The position numbers and the translations under genes are program-made. Below the pieces are notes generated by a model. It had not been told where the DNA came from. It searched no databases and saw only the letters and a list, made by a program, of their open reading frames with translations. This document shows, one piece after another, positions 59,391 to 64,000 of a DNA stretch of 64,000 nt; position 1 is the first letter of the stretch; the number at the start of each line of letters is the position of its first letter. The DNA lies in contig JYFJ02000540.1 of the NCBI GenBank assembly GCA_000934665.2, forward strand, positions 62,001-126,000. The letters run 5' to 3'. The stretch is from Catajapyx aquilonaris. Lineage: Eukaryota.

Positions 59391-62300
59391 AAGAAACAAA
59401 TGTGACATGACATGCTCGCATCGAGAGCTTATGCACCCAACCGCCATTTTTTTCAGATAGGATAGGAGGGGGCAGGTATTGGATGGTACAGGGATGAAAA
59501 ATGCAAGGCCCGGGGCCGGTTAATGCATCGTCAATCCGGCTTAGTGAGGCCCTTCTCCGGGGTCGAATGGGATGGCAGTGGGTGGGTGGGTGGGTGGGTT
59601 GGGAGGGTTGGGATCCCCATGGGGTGAGGGCCAAGTGAATTACACCAGATTTCCCCGGAGACACCGCCTCTGCTGGGGAAAAGCCCAGGTAAGGATGAGA
59701 CTTGAAGAACCGGGGGCCTCACAACCCGCACACACACCCGCCGTCAACGGTAGGAATCGAAGAGTTAGTTATTGTCCGCTCCGAAGGAAAAGAAGAAGAA
59801 AGAGGATTTCATTATTTACAGCCTCCATCTCTGGTGTGAAGGAGGTGACAAAACCCCCCCTTTTTGGGATGCAAGCTTTTGTCCGGGGTCGGCTTATATC
59901 ACCCTACAATGCAAACAGGATTTACCCTGGGGAAAAAGGGTGCTTATCTGACGCCACCCGGTGAATACTAAACTGGACCCGGGGGTTGGAACCGAGTGCG
60001 AACAAACCATTGTTTTCGCTACCCGGTGCACCAGTTACCCCACTAGAATGAGCCGTGCAAAAAAAAGAGTAAAATTTGGAGCGATTCATTTCTGCGGATG
60101 CGGCGCTGCTATTGTGTCGGGGCCGGTTTTGCAATACTAGCAGAGAAAAAAATTATAGAGCGGCATGTGGGTGGCGCATTTAAAGCTGCTGAAATTTATA
60201 GGATTAGTTTTTCACCAGGTACACGTATGACTAAACACAAATAATGCAGTTTCTGCACACTATTTTGCTATAGCGCATTTCTACATTTTAGCCCATTTTC
60301 GGCTAAAAATTCGTAATAAATCATTTTCAGATGTTAGGTCACTTCAGCAATGCCTTATAGGTTTGCATTCATTAGATACCGGGGCCAAACTGCTTTCATT
60401 CGCAGTGCAAAAAAATTTCATCGCATTTTTGGCACATTTTCTCCACCCTCAGAAAATGAGCTCGATTCGTCTCCATCTCCTCCGCATGGTCAATGTCTCT
60501 TGAAGCAAGAAGGCAGCAAAACCCAGCAGGCTCAATTCAAGCTCCACCAAGCGTGAAGTGTGATTGAGAATCTCCTTACAGAACCACCTGTTGTTCCAGT
60601 TGCCCTAGACTCTATCTATATATAATATTTTTTGTGTGTGTGTTGTCCAAAATGGTAGAAACAATTTCTAGTAAACGACTTTTGGTCACGTTTTTTTATA
60701 TAGCTTGGAGTCTTTCCGAGGTCTTTGTCAACGCCACGGGCAGACTTCCCTTGCAAGAACAAATGAGGTTCCCTTGCAAAACATCCAATGTGAATGATTA
60801 CACTCTACCTCTTGCCTCCCAAAGTCATATTCCTTCCGTGTCGATCATCGGTCTCGAAATGAAGCCTCCTCCAGGGAGCCAAGGCTTCCCCAGCCGGTTG
60901 ACGTGACCCATTTCCATGGTAATCAGTAGGCTATTTTCATAAAGGACAGCTTTCTGGAGGCTTAACTCTCCTTTCTGCAATGCCATTTTTCTTAGAGTTT
61001 TTAAAAAAAGAGGAAAGAGAGGAGTCTCTTCCCATAGTTGGCGATGGTCATGAGTTTGGCGTGACATCGAGCGAGACACAGGTTTTATCGCGGTTTATGA
61101 AGGGAAGTGATGCAGCTCGGGTGCAGTTCATTATGTGAGATTAGTGTCACTAGGGAGGTTGATAATATTTTCGTGAACTATGCCAGGGAAAGTCTGAGCA
61201 AAAAAAAATTCAGCGAGATATGCGCTGTCAAAATGTGAGCTAAGAAATCATATTACTAGAACCGTTATGATTAATTATTATTACACGTTTTTTGGGGGGC
61301 ATTTGTGTGCACTTTTTTTCTCGGATTAGGGGGCATGACAGTGGGTACTCAGTTTGAAAGGGTGGGCTGTCAGTACTGTAAAAGCGTGGCGTTGGATGTT
61401 TTCAGTTCATGCATTATGTAGCAAATTTGGATGCAATCAAGATGGAAACCAGAAAGGGGCCGGTGAGTGACGGAAATGGCGTAAATGCATGTTTTTGGAG
61501 AGCACACATTAGTGATCCCACAAAAGTGCAGAGAGTGTGTGCCCAACGGGGTACAAACCGCAAGTAAGCGGTAAATGTTCAGCGGTGTACAGTCACAGAG
61601 GCAAGGTAATAACTGGAAGTGCTGGCAGTGCATTATGATAGTAAAATGCCATCCAAGGTGTGTAAATCTGAAACTACTTATATGCTACAGTATGTACTAC
61701 ATCAGAATGAAATTGCGTATAAATGAGCAAATGACATTTTCAGAAAATGTTACATGTGACCTACATATCTCGCATTTAAATTATAAACCAGCTAACATTG
61801 TAACATCTGTCCGTGAGCTCTGCCTACACATTTTGGCCTCCATCAAAATTTAATTGCGTTTCATTGCAGGCGTGTAAAGTTCCGGAAACAGACGTACACG
61901 ATATTACGCCCCGGAGGCAGAGGTCGGGTTGTCAGGGGTTGGCAGCCTCCTAGCAATTATTGAAATCAGTCTTGTTGATAGTGGCACTGATGTGGCGAAT
62001 ATTTCATGCAATAAATTGACACGCAAATAGCCACATCATGTTTCTCCCATCGTCATTACTGATAGTGGGATCGCAATTGGGGCCAAATTAGGTCTACGGT
62101 TGCTAGTTGAATACCAGCTGGTCTGGGGGGTAACGAAAATTGAGTTGACGCTGTGAAACATTGCTCCATCGCAACCGGATTTTTCATTCCGCCCGCATGT
62201 TATAAATAAATCGGCTGGGGTATTCATAAAAAGGAATAAAAATTTTCTTGACGTCTTTCCTGCCCCCTTTAATAACAGCCAAGACTTGCTCTTTGATAAT

Positions 62301-63189
62301 ATGAAGAAAAAAAAACGGGGCTTTGAAAGCTCATGTAAACGCCCCATAACTTTCGGGCACCGTATACTTGAGGTCCAAAGTGAATAGTAATGTTCCGTTC
62401 CACGCATTCCTTATTGATACTTCCGGGCACGGTTTGTGATTGATGATCTGCCAATTGAAAGGCTCACGAACACTATTTTTTTATCAAGTTGGGTGGTGGC
62501 CAGACACGAGAGCAAATTTCGGCAAAAACCCTATGGTCTTGTTTCGCCCCGCTAATTTTGCGATTGTGCCGATAGTGCTGAAAGCTTTTGATTTTTCACT
62601 AATCTCCGCCCAAGTGTGGCGAAAAAAAAATATTAGCTCTGGGTGCAACTCCCCGAGGCGAAAAGCTTGATGGATTTGCAACCAGGTTTCTACCTCATCC
62701 AAACCGGATTTTCTCGCCCAATATTTTCAAAAGTTGCGAATGATTGGCAAAAATTGTCCCGAGCATGTCTTTTCAATGCAGAGAGACGCTGACAAAATAC
62801 AGTGAGCATACCAGGCACCGGAGCAATTTGTCTTGAGCAAAGTATATTGCTTTTCGGGAACTGTTTTGCAATGCGCTTTGTGTGGCTGGAATCCTGGAGA
62901 GGCGGGCATGATAATGATTGGTGCAAATTCCTTCTCTAACCAGCGAAAATTCTACCATCCTGCTGCTCCCATGTTCATCCCGTCAACCCCCCCTCTTCTT
63001 ATTACGGGTTTGGAGCAGGCCTCGCAGCCAAAATGGTTTTCCTGTTGCAACGAGCCCAATCCAAAATTTGCACGCTTTGTGCGGTGCGAAAACGAATATT
63101 TATGCTTCTGAAAACAGTGGCATCAGAGCGAAGATGAGACGAATTGAGGTCCAGGTGCGAATTCTGGTGACAATCTGCGCAAATTTAAA

Positions 63190-63295
63190 TATATAATATA
63201 AAAATCATTTGTTGTATGACAGAGGCTTCTGATTGATCCCCCCTGGTCTACGCCTGCGCAATAGGGGAGGCAGCGCCTCTGGTGGACAGAACTAG
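63190..63295 (+). mobile_element. Short, internally deleted copy C of the same Helitron-like family
   Basis: Shares ..aaaatc..tgttgta...cttctgattg..cc and ..gcgcaat..ggagg.agcgcctctggtgg with copy B, and ends in CTAG|T (63292-63296). Confidence 0.5.
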
Positions 63296-64000
63296 TAATA
63301 TTTTAACAATTTAAATCAGCGTAATGTGACAGCCCCAACGCAACAAAGTACAGCATAACGTATGATTGAGCTGTCCCACAAACTGACATCAAATTACGCA
63401 GGAAATGGCCGCGCAAGCCTAGCTTTTTTCCATTAAAAAAAATGGGAGTAGTGCAATAATTGCGTACCAATTTAGCCCGGTTAGGCCAGTTCAGTGAACT
63501 TGATGTTCATGATGATTGTAAAGGTGTATCGACACATACACACGGCATATTGATCCTGGCAATACCCCACTCAATTAGCCACAAACTGGACACCAATAGG
63601 CCGGACTGTACATAACTTTGGCCTGTTGCACAAACCCATTTACTATAGTTTGTTGAAAAAGGTAAGTCCTGGAAGCGCTTTTTTCTCTCTCGGGAGTTAA
63701 AAAATACGCGGGTTTCTACACACAGGGCTCGAGCTAGGAACATAATGGCGTTCAACCGGAGCCTAGGGTCCTCAGAGCCTGGGCCATTAACAGCTCCAAG
63801 TGAGCCCATAATGTATGAAAACCAAATGCATTCCCATGAAAAGCAGCATGGTTGTTAAAACTCAAGCGCGTCCGCTCGCAAAAAAAAAGAGAGGAAAACT
63901 TGGACCAAGATTATGTTTTCCACCTCACGACCGACCAGTGGACAAAAGGCCATTTTTTTTGAATTGCCTGCACTGGAATTTTCAATGGTCCGGATTATTC

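Noticed and set aside
1..64000. tRNA, rRNA, SINE heads, autonomous transposase or reverse-transcriptase ORFs, and Dscam docking/selector sequences
   Set aside because: None were recognisable by eye. Docking/selector pairing is not expected without an exon array. Covariance and homology searches were not possible.

Overview
This is eukaryotic (arthropod-type) genomic DNA from a draft assembly, with N at 17180, 47495 and 50886-50887. The window is dominated by the 5' part of one Dscam-family gene on the minus strand. I traced nine GT-AG exons by hand: 53079-52902, 36935-36793, 20946-20778, 13444-13305, 12007-11887, 10910-10700, 10605-10371, 8559-8251 and 5526-5254. They splice with fully consistent phases into a 1779-nt (593-codon) open frame encoding Ig1-Ig6. 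The signal-peptide exon and Ig7 onward were not found and probably lie outside the window. The Ig2-N and Ig3-N half-domain exons, which are tandemly arrayed in hypervariable insect and crustacean Dscam1, appear single-copy, so this looks like a non-hypervariable paralogue. The introns contain short non-autonomous DNA elements (piggyBac-type, TA-flanked MITEs, Helitron and Helentron/DINE-1-like, one nested), minisatellites and a probable assembly duplication. The best leads are candidate isoform mechanisms: a possible poly(A)-coupled terminal mini-exon giving a secreted Ig1-6 form, a tandem in-frame acceptor at the Ig5-Ig6 hinge, and phase-compatible half-Ig exons. All three are inferences that need RNA evidence. 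Most entries in the ORF track are spurious.
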